In this document: positions 42,611-56,304 of the stretch, piece after piece | How positions within the stretch are numbered: the first letter of the stretch is position 1 | Layout of the letters: each line of letters opens with the position of its first letter | Origin: the human T2T-CHM13v2.0 reference genome, Homo sapiens | Length of the DNA stretch: 64,000 nucleotides | NCBI RefSeq assembly: GCF_009914755.1 | Contig: NC_060947.1 | Reading direction: 5' to 3' (one strand) | The notes under the pieces: generated by a model | The model's database searches: none | The model's input: only the letters and a program-made list of their open reading frames with translations | Told to the model about the DNA's origin: nothing | Program-made: the position numbers and the translations under genes

Positions 42611-43984
42611 TAAAAATTATTGCAACCCACAGTTTTCAGAGCTGCCTAAATATGTAATCTCATGAAAAACACCTGTATAGCCATGACAAGGAATTCTCTG
42701 CTGTCTGAAGTGTTTTGGTCTACCCAGGCAGATCTGTGAATGAGGAGAGGTAGTTGGCCTTTCAAGAACTCCCACAGAGGGCTCAGACTGGAGGGGCTGT
42801 GTGACTGACAGCAATAAAAGTTTCACTTAAGCCAGAGTCTGGCCGGGACTTTCTCGCTTTTACAAACAACACAAAGGATCTAATTCTCCCTAATAAGCAG
42901 AGCTACCAACAGCAGTCTGTACAATAACTTTTAGAAACCTGACCTTGTGACCCAGAGGCCATCCTGAAACCACTGCACCCGTTTCCCCCCTCTTCCCCAT
43001 CACTCAATAAACGTCCAGGCTGATCTATTGTCCCAGGGAAGAGAAGGCCCATGAAATAATTAACAATCCCCTCTCTGTTCTGCAATACTTACTCCAAACG
43101 TTGAGCACTCAGAGGCTCTGGAAAGACTAAGCAAAGATGATGTTCTTACCAGGTGATTAGATGACAAAGAGCCCACTGCCAGTCTTCCGGAACACTGTTG
43201 AATGCAGACCATGCCTCAGCATTCCTGGAAGTAGCATAATTAAGAGCTTGCCCTTGTTAAAGGACTAACTTCTTCCCACCCTAGCAGCTTGTCTGGTTAC
43301 AACGGGACTACTAAGAAGGGATTGGGACTTTGACTTGTCTTGAGTCTCTTTTATTAAAAGATTTAAAATTGGGTTGTGCTAATGCTTCCAGTTGCAAGGG
43401 AATTGTTTATCAGTCAAAATACCACTATGTTAACTTTTTTTGAAAGAAAAATAAGCCCTATTATGTAGGTTAGTGGAACTTGTTGCTTTTAACTTGTTCT
43501 TGCAGAAATTTCTGAGCAGCAATTTGATGGGTGGGAAATAGAAGGAGCTGAAGTTCAGAGTTCTAAAATGGATGACTTGAGCTTTGTTTGGTCCTGAGTG
43601 CCTAGATTGGGTAAAACCACTTGGACCGTGGCGAGAGTGTGATGGTGAAACAGCTGAGTTGGACTGGGAGCTGCCTAGAGCAGCAGAATACACCTGAACT
43701 GCAGCAGGAATCACAGGCAATGACCACCAAGACGACAACCATCTTCAGAGCCATAGTGAAGTGTGAGGCCACAGTGAAGAGTTGAGGCAAGAGGTCAGCG
43801 GTTGGGGATGGAGGGACAAGGAGACAGAAGAAATAATGATTAAGATCATGGCCTCCAGAGACAGGCTACCTGGGTGGGTGTAAATCCTGACTTTGCCACT
43901 TCCTTGCTGTGTGACCTTGGTCAGTTACTTAACTGATCTGTGTTTGTTTCCTCATCTGAAAAATGTGGTGGGGAAGGGTAATGT

Positions 43985-44835
43985 TACCCACATATGCCAT
44001 CAATTCACCTGTTTTGTCTTAGATTGATTTTCGACCTTCCCCCTGCTCTCCCTGTGTGGCAGGAGAACTGTCCCTATAGGCTATATTTCCCAGTCACCTG
44101 TGTCAGCAGGCTTCCCACAGCGTTTGGCCAATGAGAGGTATGGGTGGGAGACTCAAAAGGAGGAAGAAAGGAGAAACCAGGGAATTTCCCCCTATTTACC
44201 ACAAATAGGTGCCTGGTAGCTCAAACAGGTTACTGGCAGCAGCTGTGGTTCCTACTGGACAGTGCCTTCCTTCATGGTCCTAGCCTTCACCATAATTCCA
44301 GCCCAGTGTGGTCCAATAGAAATATAATGAGAGTCACATATATAAATTTAAATTTTCTAGTAGCCATATTAGAAATATATAAGAAATGAGTAAAATCAGT
44401 TTAATAGTTTTAGTTAACCCAATATATTTTGATTTCAATATGTCATCAATATAAATATTAATGAGATATATATTTTTCTACTAGTACTTGAATTCTGGTG
44501 TGTGTTGCCCACTTACAGCACATCTCAATGAGGACTAGACACATTCAAATGCTCAATAGCCACATGTGACTAGTGGCCACCACATTGGACAGTGTAGATA
44601 TGGACCCTGCTGGCTGGTCCTAGTTCCATATTCTGTCTTACCATTTTCTGTCACTGTCCCTCTTGATCTAGGGAAAGTTGGGACTCCTTGCTTTTGTTAA
44701 TCACCAAATTGCATAATTGTACTCTGTTTGGCCTCTCAGATCTTTAATTGGTCATATTACCAACTTCTTGTATTAAATTCTCTTTTCGAAATACCTAGAA
44801 TGTTGTCTGTTTCCTCACAGGCCCTGACTAATCCA
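43985..44835 (-). mobile_element. LTR33/LTR41-family ERVL LTR, interrupted by MER33
   Basis: ccctgctct..atttcccag..tttggccaatgagagg..ggagaaaccaggg; end ttgaaatacctagaatg..tctgtttcct..ccctgactaatcca. Confidence 0.65.
44304..44598. mobile_element. MER33 (hAT-Charlie)
   Basis: gtccaatagaaatataatgagagtcacata...ctcaatagccacatgtgactagtggccaccacattggacagtg. Confidence 0.85.
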
Positions 44836-45329
44836 CTGCCTTATAGGATTATTGGGAGGACCAATGAAGCTTTTGCACATAAAGCCTTTGGAATAGTGAA
44901 GGCACAGAGTAAGTGTTCAATATGTGGTGGTACTTGAAAAGTAAAGGTCTTAAAAAGAAGTGTAAGACTTCTGTGCAAGCTGTGAGCTGAACAATATGAG
45001 CAAATATGATTATGAGATGAAAGATGGGGTGACAATGACATTGTTCCCCACTACCCCTAGGATCATGTTCAAACAGCCTTCTGAGCAGATGACCTCATGG
45101 CCTGCAAGTGTACCTTTCTGCTGCTGCCTCACAGAGAAGAGCCTGAAGAGAAAGGAAGAGATGGTTCTCTAAAGTCCCCAGCTTCTATGAGTAAGGCCTT
45201 TTGCCTCTCACTTTTTTGAGGGTACCACCATCACCCTGTCACTAGGAGAGCATATAACTGGTACGGGCAGCAATCCAAAAACATTTTACCACAGGAGATA
45301 TGTGCTTTGAACAAATTACATCATGTAAT

Positions 45330-45865
<536 letters not shown>

Positions 45866-46617
45866 GCACTCTTCTAGGTAAAATACACATGATTTTATAA
45901 CCTCATTCAACTCAGGTTATTTAATGTGGGCTAAAATATAATGCATTCTCTTCCGCTCTCCCTTGTTTTATCTGTTGGACACTTGGTTTTTCTTGCTGGT
46001 TTACCTCCTTGTCCAGGACTAAGTTGTTTAGCACATCTACTTGGACCTTTGGCAAAGGGCACTCCTTTTTTGTCTGTGCTCTGACTGAGTGTAATCTAAG
46101 TCATCATGTACAGAGAGCAAAAGTAAACTTGGGCCCTATCCAGGCCAGTGTTACTGCCCAAGGAGGCCCAGTAGGGCACAGCAGCAGGAATTCCAGTCAC
46201 TGTTGACTCTTGACATGAGAAGAGAGGGCAGTAAAGTATTGCAGGGTAGTCTGACTTAGCTGGAGCAGGACCCCAGACTGTAGCTGGAGAACCTGGAGTA
46301 GAGTCTGTCCTCTTGGGACGAAGGCTAACAAGGGCATGGCCAGGTGTTTTGGCTTCAGCCAAGTGAGCTACAGGTCAAGATAGGCCACATTGCCCAGCAA
46401 GACTGTGAAAATTGATAACCAAGATGGTTACATTGATTTATGGATTGGGAATACGTGGCAGAGGGTGGGATTTAGGCATGGCAGTGTCTAAGTTTAGGGC
46501 AGCAAGCCCTGCGTAATACTAAGCCCTGCCAACTGGTAAGGCTAAGCCTTCTGGGGGCCTTCCAAGTCCAGGGGCTGTGTGGGTGGTGCCTATAGTTGCA
46601 AGAGCTGGAGGAAAACT

Positions 46618-46775
46618 TTTAATTTTATTTTTAATTGCCAAATAATATAGTGATTGTATATATTTGTGGGGTAAAATGTGATGGTGTATATATGGTTACA
46701 TAATGAACTGATTAAGTCAAACTAATTAATATATTGATCACCTCAAATACTTATTTCTTTTCGTGATGAGGACCA
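46618..46775 (-). mobile_element. L1MA-like 3' terminal fragment
   Basis: ttgtatatatttgtggggtaaaatgtgatg...caaactaattaatatat..atcacctcaaatacttat. Confidence 0.7.
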
Positions 46776-46823
46776 TCATTCATTAGACCAACCAATAGCC
46801 TATGAGGTGGCCTGGCATGTGTA

Positions 46824-46874
46824 TTCATGTTGAATAGACAGTTCTATTCAATAGAACTGTCCATTCAGCATGAA
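46824..46874. repeat. Near-perfect palindrome (25-bp arms, 1-nt spacer)
   Basis: TTCATGTTGAATAGACAGTTCTATT-c-AATAGAACTGTCCATTCAGCATGAA, 23/25 complementary. Confidence 0.93.
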
Positions 46875-46922
46875 CAAGATTGACCAGTCAGGCTCTTGCT
46901 ATAGAAAATATAAAGACAACTA

Positions 46923-47360
<438 letters not shown>

Positions 47361-47467
47361 CGGAAAGGGGAGGGAAGCCAGATAAGAAGAGAGAAGTGAG
47401 AAAGAACTCAAAGAAAGAGCAGGTTATATTATATTGCATTATAAAAAAGTCTTATTTTTGTCTCTGG

Positions 47468-47902
47468 ATGTATTAGTTAAGTGATGGCTGCCTGGTATAA
47501 TAAATAAACCTTCATTCTTAGTGGCTTAACACAATGTTTCTCACACACCTCACAGTCTAGTACAGCTGCTCCCATCGAAGTACCCTTTAACATGTAGTCA
47601 TTGAGGGACTCAGGTTTTCTCCTTTTGTGGCTCTGCACTCTTCCAGGTCCTTGGAGGCTTTTCTATTCAGCTCGTGGATGCGAAAATAGATCATGAAAAA
47701 GGGACATCTCCTTTTTAGCCACTTTTTTCCTGTAAATGACGCACATCAGTTCTCCCACATTCCATTTATGAAAATTAGTTTCAGGGCTCTACTGGGTCAA
47801 GTAGGAGGGGAAATATATTTCCTGGCTTGGCAACCACACTCCATGATATTCTACACTATGGAAAAGGAAGGCCAATCCTTGTCAGCTGATTTTCCCTACC
47901 AC
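47468..47902 (-). mobile_element. MLT1J/K/L-like MaLR LTR
   Basis: tgtattagtta...agtggcttaacacaa...gtcattgagggactcagg...ccacattccatt...ctaccaca. Confidence 0.6.
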
Positions 47903-49529
47903 AGACTTCTTGGATTCCCTTGAACTCTCTGTCTCCTCTTCTTCACAACTGATGAGATAAGCTAAAACAGTGCCTTTGGAGGAGAGCCTGTCTTTCCCTC
48001 TGTCAGCAGAAGACTATCAATATATTGTTAGTGACTGCAGAGGAATGTTACTGAGCAAGGAACATGTTCTATTGGCTAGGTCCCTTGTCATTAGAACTGA
48101 ATAGGGCAAATGATGCTGTCTCTCACTTCTTGGGCTCTTCTGGGACTTTGGATCCTGTATTTCATTCCTCCCTTTTGTCTGCAAGTTAGAAACCCACCAA
48201 CTCTTGAGAGATCTTTCACAAAACCTGGGTTCTTCCAGGGTACCCACAGCAGGAGGGGGAGTTTCTCTCAAGGACAAGGAGTAGCATTGCCATGTGTATG
48301 GGGGTGCTCTCATTCCAAGTTCCTCCTCAACCTGTCAAGCTAGGTTTATGCTCTGGGATATGCTAACTTACTTGGGGAAAGTCTAAGGAAGAAGGCTCTT
48401 AATCAGAGTCTTCTTAGAGTATTCTTAAGAATATTATTGGGGTCACTTTAAATTTCATGTTGATATTGAGAGTCTCTCCACCAATTGTATCCTAGTTTTG
48501 TAAACCAGGCCAATGCTGGGTGGGAAGAAGAAAGAGGAAGGCAAAGGAAAAATCATAAAGTTGAGGTAACCCACATGAAGTGGGGCAAAACTGGATCAGA
48601 GATCAAGTAGCATAATGATTTTTAACATTTGTTTTGATAAAACTAAAAGTTTTCACTTTCAATTTTTTAAAGAGCATCAGTTTAACACTATCCCATTCAT
48701 TGAAATGTCGACAAAACAGAACAGCCAATATAAACAAGAAATAAAAGGTGATTAAAAATAAGCAGTTTTATCACAGATCTCCTTCAGGAAATATAGGACT
48801 ATGCCTTCTCTAATATGTGTATTTCCAGTTTTAATGACTTGAAAAAAGTTTTAAGAAGTCTCCTGTTGCATTTCAAATGGCAACCCTGTTTTTATACTCA
48901 GAGTCTCTCCTTGCAAAACAGCATTACTTCCCATAAACTTCCCTCCTGTGGTCACACCAGAGCCGTCCCACTTCAGTTGGTTACATATTTAGATTTTCAT
49001 TGTCAGTTGTGGACTGAACATATGGGTATGTGCAAGGCAGTGACATGCGGTAATCCCAGAGCAGTACAGGCACCATTGATTAGAATTTCTGAACGCTACT
49101 TTTTAGGGCACCTGGGATGGGCTAAGTCAGGATTACAGCCAAGTAGGACAAGCTTAGCATTTGTTTCTTGAAGAGCTGGTGCTAGGGCAGGGCCCTATTT
49201 GAGGTTTCTGGGAGTGGAAAGAATCACAGGGTGAGTCAAAGCCAAAGTCCTTCGTGGCTACAGAGGGTCAAGTCAGAAAAACTAAGTACCAGATGCTAAG
49301 TCTAGAGGGGTAATAGTAGGGCTGTAAGCCAGAGACCAAGCTGAATCAGAATCCTTGTGAAAATAAAAGCAGAATAAAGTCAGCCTGGAAGGGAAATAAG
49401 GAAGGGCCTTTGCAAGTCTTGGGATTCATTAATTTATTCAATCATTTATTTCTCAAATATTTACAAAGCATCTATTATGTACCAGGAATTTGTATGTGAC
49501 CTGATTGGTAGTTGTTTACATAATCAGCC

Positions 49530-49770
49530 TCATTTAAAGTTGTAGATTTAAGCAAGACAAACTGATTGTAAATTCTGGCTTAGCAACTTACTAACCATAT
49601 AACATTAAACAAGTTAGATAACTTTTCTGTGTATCAGCTTCCCATCTATAAAACAATACATAATAAGAGAAACCTACCTTATAGGGTTGCAATGAAAATT
49701 AAAAGAAAATTCTTGTAAAGCACTTAACACCTGACATACGACATATATATGTAAATGTTTGTTAAATAGA
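49530..49770 (+). mobile_element. MIR
   Basis: caagttagataacttttctgtgtatcagcttcccatctataaaa...atagggttgcaatgaaaattaaa..gtaaagcacttaacac. Confidence 0.7.
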
Positions 49771-50309
49771 GTTGAGAGGACCCCATTATCAATCTTGAGA
49801 CTGAGTATCAAGTTGAGGGTGGGGTGGAGATTAGGCTAAAAAATTATTTTGTATTGAATTAAGAAAAGATTTGAAAAGCCAATTGAGTGGCATACAGAAA
49901 ATTTTAGAAATAATTTTCTACCCAGAAACTGAACATCATAATTTTATTTTATTTATATACATGTTTTGTGCCTTGCTTTTTGGCAACAAAATGCTTTAAG
50001 TGGCTTACAACAAAACAGTAGTCACACTGAACTAATAACTAAGAAGATAAAAATTGAAAATCCAGTTTAAGAAAGGAAAATTCCCTCAAATATTTCAATC
50101 ATGAGGGTCAGTATAGTTGTTATGGTTTAGCTTCAAACTGAGTTCTAAACTTTTGAGTGGTGAAGGCATAGAAGGAAACGCAATCAATTGTGTAACTCTT
50201 GGTATCACTAAATCAGAAGCATACCAATTCCTTATTGGAAACCAAATATGTTCCTGCAATCTTTCTAAAATATATTTCTCCTATCAGTCTGTATATGATG
50301 GATGTGAAA

Positions 50310-50535
50310 TTGAACATAGATTTGGAATCAAGCAGATCTGATTTCAAATTCCAGCTCCATTACTTATTAGCTTTGTGATCTGGGGCACATAATTTAAATT
50401 GTTTGAGACACTGACTTACCTGTAAAATGGGCATAATAATATCTCTTATATCTAAGGACTTCGATGAGAATTAAATGAGATATAAAGTATTTAATATAGT
50501 GCCTGGAACATACTCATCCCTCAATAAATGGAAGC
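50310..50535 (+). mobile_element. MIR
   Basis: ttcaaattccagctccattacttattagctttgtga...ctgtaaaatgggcataataat...gtgcctggaacata. Confidence 0.75.
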
Positions 50536-50650
50536 TCTTCTTTTCCCTCTCCACTTCCTTCTCTTCCTCCTCTTTGTCCTATTTCTCTTTTCTCCTTTTC
50601 TTCTTCCTCTTTTTAATCTCTCCATCCTCCTCCTCCTCCTCTTCATATCC
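50536..50650. repeat. CT-rich low-complexity tract
   Basis: Near-pure pyrimidine (TCC)n/(TTC)n. Confidence 0.85.
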
Positions 50651-51169
50651 CCATTACCTGATATGTTATATTTGGAAACATCACTTCAATATTCATTCTG
50701 GGTGCATATAATGACAACGATTTTAACAGCTATATAGCACTTACTATGTGCCAGACATTATTCTAAGCACTTTACTTTCCTTGACTCATTTAATCTTCAA
50801 TTAATTTTTGAAAAAATCTAGGCCAATTATGTGCAAGGGTAAAAGCTATGAGGATTATTTAAAGGAAAGTTGTATTAAAATTCAATGAGATATCAGAAAA
50901 TAGATGGTGTCAACTGAGTTGCAGGACTTATTGGGTATATTTTCTTAACAGGTAAATGGACTTACTCTCATATACTTATCTTTCTTTTTGTTAAAAGGTA
51001 GAGTAGGAGCCCAAAAGAGAAAGGATTCCTGGCATGGATGATATAGGCCAACTGAGATCTAAGCCTTATATATAAGGGCTCTCACTTTCCTGGCTCTACC
51101 TTCACTTGTACACTGTCGCACTCAATCACAAGCATCAGACTCAGAGGCTTAATCAAGAATACTATTCTA

Positions 51170-51368
51170 ATAGCAGTCTGTACCCTGGGAACAATTTACA
51201 AGACCCCCCTTGGTGTCTATGCATGGGCTTCAAGGGGCCTGGGAACCTTGTGAAATTGTATGTATTAGCCTGTGTTTATATGTCTATCTTCCTGAGGGTG
51301 GTCGTTAATATATCTCACTAGATTCTTCAAGGGATCTCTGCTCCCTCAATGTCAGAAACTACTACTGT
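51170..51368 (+). mobile_element. Charlie4z-like hAT MITE
   Basis: atgggcttcaagggg..tgaaattgtatg...agattcttcaagggatc. Confidence 0.55.
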
Positions 51369-51372
51369 AAAG

Positions 51373-51548
51373 TACAAAAAAATTAGCTGGGTGTGTGGTG
51401 GGCGCCTGTACTCCCAGCTACTCGGGAGGCTGAGGCAGGAGAATGGGTGAACCCGGGAGGTGGAGCTTGCAGTGAGCCGAGATCGTGCCACTGCACTCCA
51501 GCCTGGGCGACAGAGTGACACTCCATCTCAAAAAAAAAAAAAAAAAAA
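51373..51548 (+). mobile_element. 5'-truncated AluY (right monomer)
   Basis: tacaaaaaaattagc..gggcgcctgta..gagaatgg.gtgaacccgggagg.ggagcttgcag plus poly-A. Confidence 0.93.
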
Positions 51549-51889
51549 GACCAAGGGGAAGACTCACATGTAGTTCGGTTCAGCTCACCATAGTTGGATT
51601 ACCTTTTGATGTGGAAATTTTGGGGGAGAGATTTTGAAACCATACATTATATGTCCTAAGAAATTACAGCAATGATATGCAGCTAGACAGTAAGTCAAGG
51701 ATATTAGCATTTGGGGATTCTGAGATCTTAATGAGGCCACTACTCTCAATACTGACAGGAATATATAGGTGGCAGTTGAAGCTATGGATGTGAAATGGTG
51801 ACTTAGAGACACTCAATAGATGAAAAAGAGCAGAGAGCCAAAGAAGAATCTTCAGGGGACCACAAATGTTAAAAGATAGGTGAAGGAAT

Positions 51890-52140
51890 AAAAATAGCAG
51901 CATATAGTATGTTTCAGACACTACTTTAAATATTTATGTTTATTAAGAAATTTAATGTCAGAACAATTTTATGAGGTAGGTACCACTATTCTGCCCATTT
52001 TACAGAAGAGGAAACTGGAACACAGAGAAGTTAAGCAACTTAATTAAGGTCACACAGTTGGTAAATGCCATAACTGGGATTCAATCCCAGGCAGTCAGTG
52101 TGGCTCCCGGGCTCACACTCTTAACCATTAAACTGTATTG
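51890..52140 (-). mobile_element. MIR
   Basis: tatgaggtaggtac..cccattttacagaagaggaaactg..cacagagaagttaagcaactt..aaggtcacacag. Confidence 0.85.
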
Positions 52141-52637
52141 CTTCATTCACTTGGCCATTAGAACATACTGTTTCATTGGTACCTGTCTCCAATGAGTATG
52201 TCTCGGATCATAAAGATGCAGATTAACCTTCATATGTCTTTTGGGTTCCTCTCTGGACATAGCACAATGTATGTGCTAATAGGTCCACAACAAATACTTG
52301 TTGAATGAGTGGCCTGGGGCACAGACCCACTGCGTAGCTATGGAGTCATTATAAGTAGTCTGTGACCCCATGAAAAGGCACTGAACATTGTCTGGTGATA
52401 AAATAAATAGGTTATTAATTACAGCTATTGTAATTTTCACAGATATGCAGTTCCTCTTATTATTCATAAAATACAAATTCATTTAAAAGCATCTTAGAGC
52501 TCCTAGTAGCTTTGTGTTATGATGAATTACCTCCATCAATGGAAACTTAAAGTACACCTACTATTATTTGTGATGTTTTTTACAAGAGTCATATTCAAAA
52601 AGTAACCACTGAGTTGAGAGCACAATTGAAAAAAACA

Positions 52638-53010
52638 CGTATTAGTCATGATATGCTGAGTTATGTTGGGGTAACAAACATACTCCAAATCTTTGTGATT
52701 TAAAACAACAAAGATTTATTTATTGCTCACAGTACATGTCACAAGGCAGCTGGAGTCTCTGTTCCATGTCATCTCACTCCAGGACACAAGATGATGCAAC
52801 AGCAAACATTTGGAACTTTGCCAGTTGTTGTAGCACAGAAAAAAGAAGGAAATTTATAATTTCTGCTAGCAAGTAACACATATTACTTCAATTACATTTT
52901 ATTGACCAAAGTAAGTTTCTTTCCCAAGTTTCAGTTTAGATCTGGAGGGAAGTGTCATCCTATCATGTGCTTAGAAAAACAACTAGAAATATTTGGTAAG
53001 CAGTGCCAAT
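52638..53010 (-). mobile_element. MLT1K/L-like MaLR LTR
   Basis: gtattagtca.gat..gct..gttatg...taacaaac...aaaacaacaaagatttatt..ttgctcac. Confidence 0.65.
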
Positions 53011-53510
53011 AACTCTCAAACATGTGGGCTTTACTTTGTACAATGGCTGGGTGAAAAGCAAGTTTGTGTAGTCATCTTTCAGATGATTCAGGGGTGTTTA
53101 CTTTTTGAGAGAATCCTAATAGCTCATTCATTTTGTAATAAAGGAAGCCCAACTCACAATGCAAATAATCAAGTCCATCATTCCATCCTCTCTTAATTAT
53201 AGACTTTTGTGTAGTTTATGCCCATATACAAGTTTTTAATAGATGATGTGGCAAGACCTCCAGAGAAAAAGCCATCAAGAAGGAGAAAAAGGAGGACTAG
53301 GAGAATCAAGTAAAGGCAAAAGTGGTACCACTTATTATGCCCTCTACTAATGTCACCATAGAATGACATTTGACTCCATCCAGACGAGGCTGGCCAGATT
53401 GTCTGTGTTTGCAAGGAGCACCTTTCTTGGCCTCAGACAGTCTGTGTAATATGGGTTAGACTTTTTGAATATTACTCTGTGTCTCTGCTAATAACCATAA
53501 GAAACTATGA

Positions 53511-53835
<325 letters not shown>

Positions 53836-53869
53836 CTATGAGGTATGGACCTATTTTTTATGCCAGATA

Positions 53870-55170
53870 TTTAAAAGTTGAGAGATAAATTCATTTGACG
53901 TTAAATTAATCATTTAAAAATGAATAAATTAGTGGCATTCAGTACATTCAAAGTGTTGTGCAAACACCATTTCTATCTAGTTTCAAAACATTTTCGTCAC
54001 CCAAAAATGAAGTTTGTACCCATTAAGCAGTAAATCCTCATTCCCTCTACCCTTCCTTCCCTGGAAACCAGAAATGTGCTCTCTGATTCTTTGTATTTAC
54101 TTGGATATTTCACATAAATGGAGTAATATAATATATGACCTTTTGTGTCTGCCTTCTTTCACTAAGGATAATGTTTTCAAGGCTTTTCTATATTGTAGCA
54201 TTCATAGATACATTCCGTTTTGTGGCTGAATAATATTCCTATATATATATCTCACAACTTGTTTATCCATTCATCTGTTGATGGGCATTAGGTTGTTTTC
54301 ACACTTTGACACTTTGGCTATAGTGAATAGTGCTGCTATGGATATGTGGGCACATGTATTTGAATATCTGTCTTCAATTCTTTTCGATATAAAAATAGGA
54401 GTGGAATTTCTGGGTCTCATGATAACTTTCTAAGGAACTGTCAAATTATTTTCCATAGTTGCCGAACCATTTTTGCATTCCCAGCAACAATGTACATATA
54501 TTCCATTTTTCCACATCCTCAGCAATATGTGTTAATTTCCATTTTTTAAATTGTAGCCATCTTAGTTGGTGTGAGGTGGTAACTCATCGTGGTTTTGGTT
54601 TGCACTTCCCTAATTACTAATGATGTGAGGATCTTTTTGTGTGTCTGGGTCTTTTGTAAATCCTCTTTGGGGAAGTGTCTAAGTCCTTTGTTCATTCATT
54701 TATTGGGTTTTTTTCTTTGTGTTGTTGAATTGCAGGAGTTCTTTATATATTCTGGATACAAGATTTTTATCAGCTATATAATTTCCAAATATTTTCTCCC
54801 ATTCTGTAGGTTGTATTTTTACTTCACTTTCTTGATTATGCCCATTGTGTTTTAGAGACAAGGTCTTACTCTGTCACCCAGGCTGGAATGCACGGGACAA
54901 TCATAGCTTACTGCAGCCATGAATTCCTGGACTCAAGCGATCTTCCCACCTCAGCCTCCCAAATAGCTAGGACTACAGGCACATACTGCCACATCCAACT
55001 AACTTTTACATTTTTTTTGTAGAGAGGGGATCTGCTATGATTGCCCAGTCTTGTCTCAAACTCCTGGCCTTAAACAATGCTTCTACCTCAGCTTCACAAA
55101 GCACAGACATTACAGGCGTAAACCACCATACCTGGCCTTGATTATGTCCTTTGCTGCACAGAGATTTTCT
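53870..55170 (-). mobile_element. L1MB-like 3' end, interrupted by an AluJ
   Basis: agtggcattcagtacattca..gtgttgtgcaa, tacccattaagcagt, ggctgaataatattcc, gtgaatagtgctgctatg, cccagcaacaatg. Confidence 0.85.
54848..55137 (-). mobile_element. AluJ with very short tail
   Basis: agagacaaggtcttactctgtcacc..ctcaagcgatcttccc; TSD ttgattatgccc / ttgattatgtcc. Confidence 0.92.
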
Positions 55171-55184
55171 TGACTGCCAGGAGT

Positions 55185-55290
55185 TAAGAGAGAAAGAATG
55201 AGAAAGAGAGAGAAAGAAGAGTAAGAGAAGGAGAAAGAGGAGGAGGAGCAGGAGGAGGATGAGGAGAAAGAGAAGGAGGAAAGAAATAAA
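55185..55290. repeat. GA-rich low-complexity tract
   Basis: Near-pure purine (GAG)/(GAA) tract. Confidence 0.85.
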
Positions 55291-55294
55291 TAAC

Positions 55295-56096
55295 AAAACC
55301 TCTACCAGTCTTTGCAGATTAGCTCTGTGCTGGCCACTCTGTCAACACTTAACCAGGCTGTTTACAACTCTGACTTACTTTCATTTCTTTGCATTAAGCC
55401 TAGAAATCACCCAGAGTTGAAAGCTTAAGGTGTCCTCAGGTCTTCCCTAAGCATCTGAGCATGCACTGTGCCCTAGGCATGCTTGTGGCTTTCTAAATTC
55501 CCCAGGACTATCACTGGGACTTTTAAATACCTAAATTTCCCCCCTAAAAACCTCTCTCTGCAGCTGTTCCTCCCGGGCTTCTGGTGGCTTATTGTTTGCC
55601 TTTATCATAATCTTTTGCCTCAAGCAGCTGTGGGTTATTCATTTGCCTTACAATGTTTTCCAGCAATGCCCACTGTTTTTAGCCCTGAATGAGTTCTGTG
55701 TTAGGTGAAGGAAAGACAAACACTCTGCATCAGTACTTCAGGGAACCCCCAGACATGTTAGAATAGATAAATGCAGTTCTTTGAGAACAAGGTCTGCTCT
55801 GCTTTTCCTGTATCCAGGCCCCAGGGTTCCACACTGGGAAAATGAGCTGCTATCTTCAAAACTGCCGCAAATCCAAGGAGGTGTATAGGGCAAGGAGAAA
55901 GCAAAAATGCCACAAAACTTTTCTACTCTTCTAAAGTTGCCTCTTTTCTTGATACAGCATTTGTTTGGTTGCTGTGCCTTTGACTATTTTGCAGAATTTC
56001 TCCAAAGTTGATTTGACAGTTTTTGCTTGATTTTTCAGTTTCTGTGGAGGAATGAGCCTTTGAAGTTACCTACTCTGTTATTTTCCCTGATGCCAT
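55295..56096 (-). mobile_element. Old mammalian L1 (L1MC/L1MD-type) 5'UTR
   Basis: gtttacaactctg.ctta...gaaagcttaaggtgtcctcaggtctt..gagcatgc...ctactctgttattttccctgatg, similar to L1M 5' end consensi as I recall them. Confidence 0.65.
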
Positions 56097-56304
56097 TTAG
56101 ATCTATGCTTTTTATCTCTTTCTTAATTCTTAAGGTTAAAAAGATACCAAAAAAAAAAATATGAGTGGGTGGGTGACTTCAGTCTAATGAAATTTGAGGC
56201 CTTTTTGGTAAAGGCTAACTTGTTAGAAAATATGAAGATGAAACTCTCTTAACTGTCTTTTGTACAGTCTTATTTTCCAATATCATTGTTGTGATTTGTA
56301 AGGA

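Larger units (their letters stand above)
43830..44930 (+). mobile_element. MIR split by an ERVL LTR
   Basis: gctgtgtgaccttggtcagttacttaac..tttcctcatctgaaaaatg (to about 43975); resumes ccttataggattattgggagga (44836 onward). Confidence 0.7.

Noticed and set aside
46080-46615. Possible very old LTR-like sequence (also 49000-49420)
   Set aside because: Composition is suggestive but I could not tie it to a consensus or find termini.
51063-51079. Palindrome ccttatatataagg, CArG/TATA-like
   Set aside because: Short, AT-core, and spacing does not fit CC(A/T)6GG.
55006-55296. Hydrophobic signal-peptide-like ORF (also 50475-50737)
   Set aside because: Translation of GA/CT low-complexity tracts plus Alu/MIR sequence.
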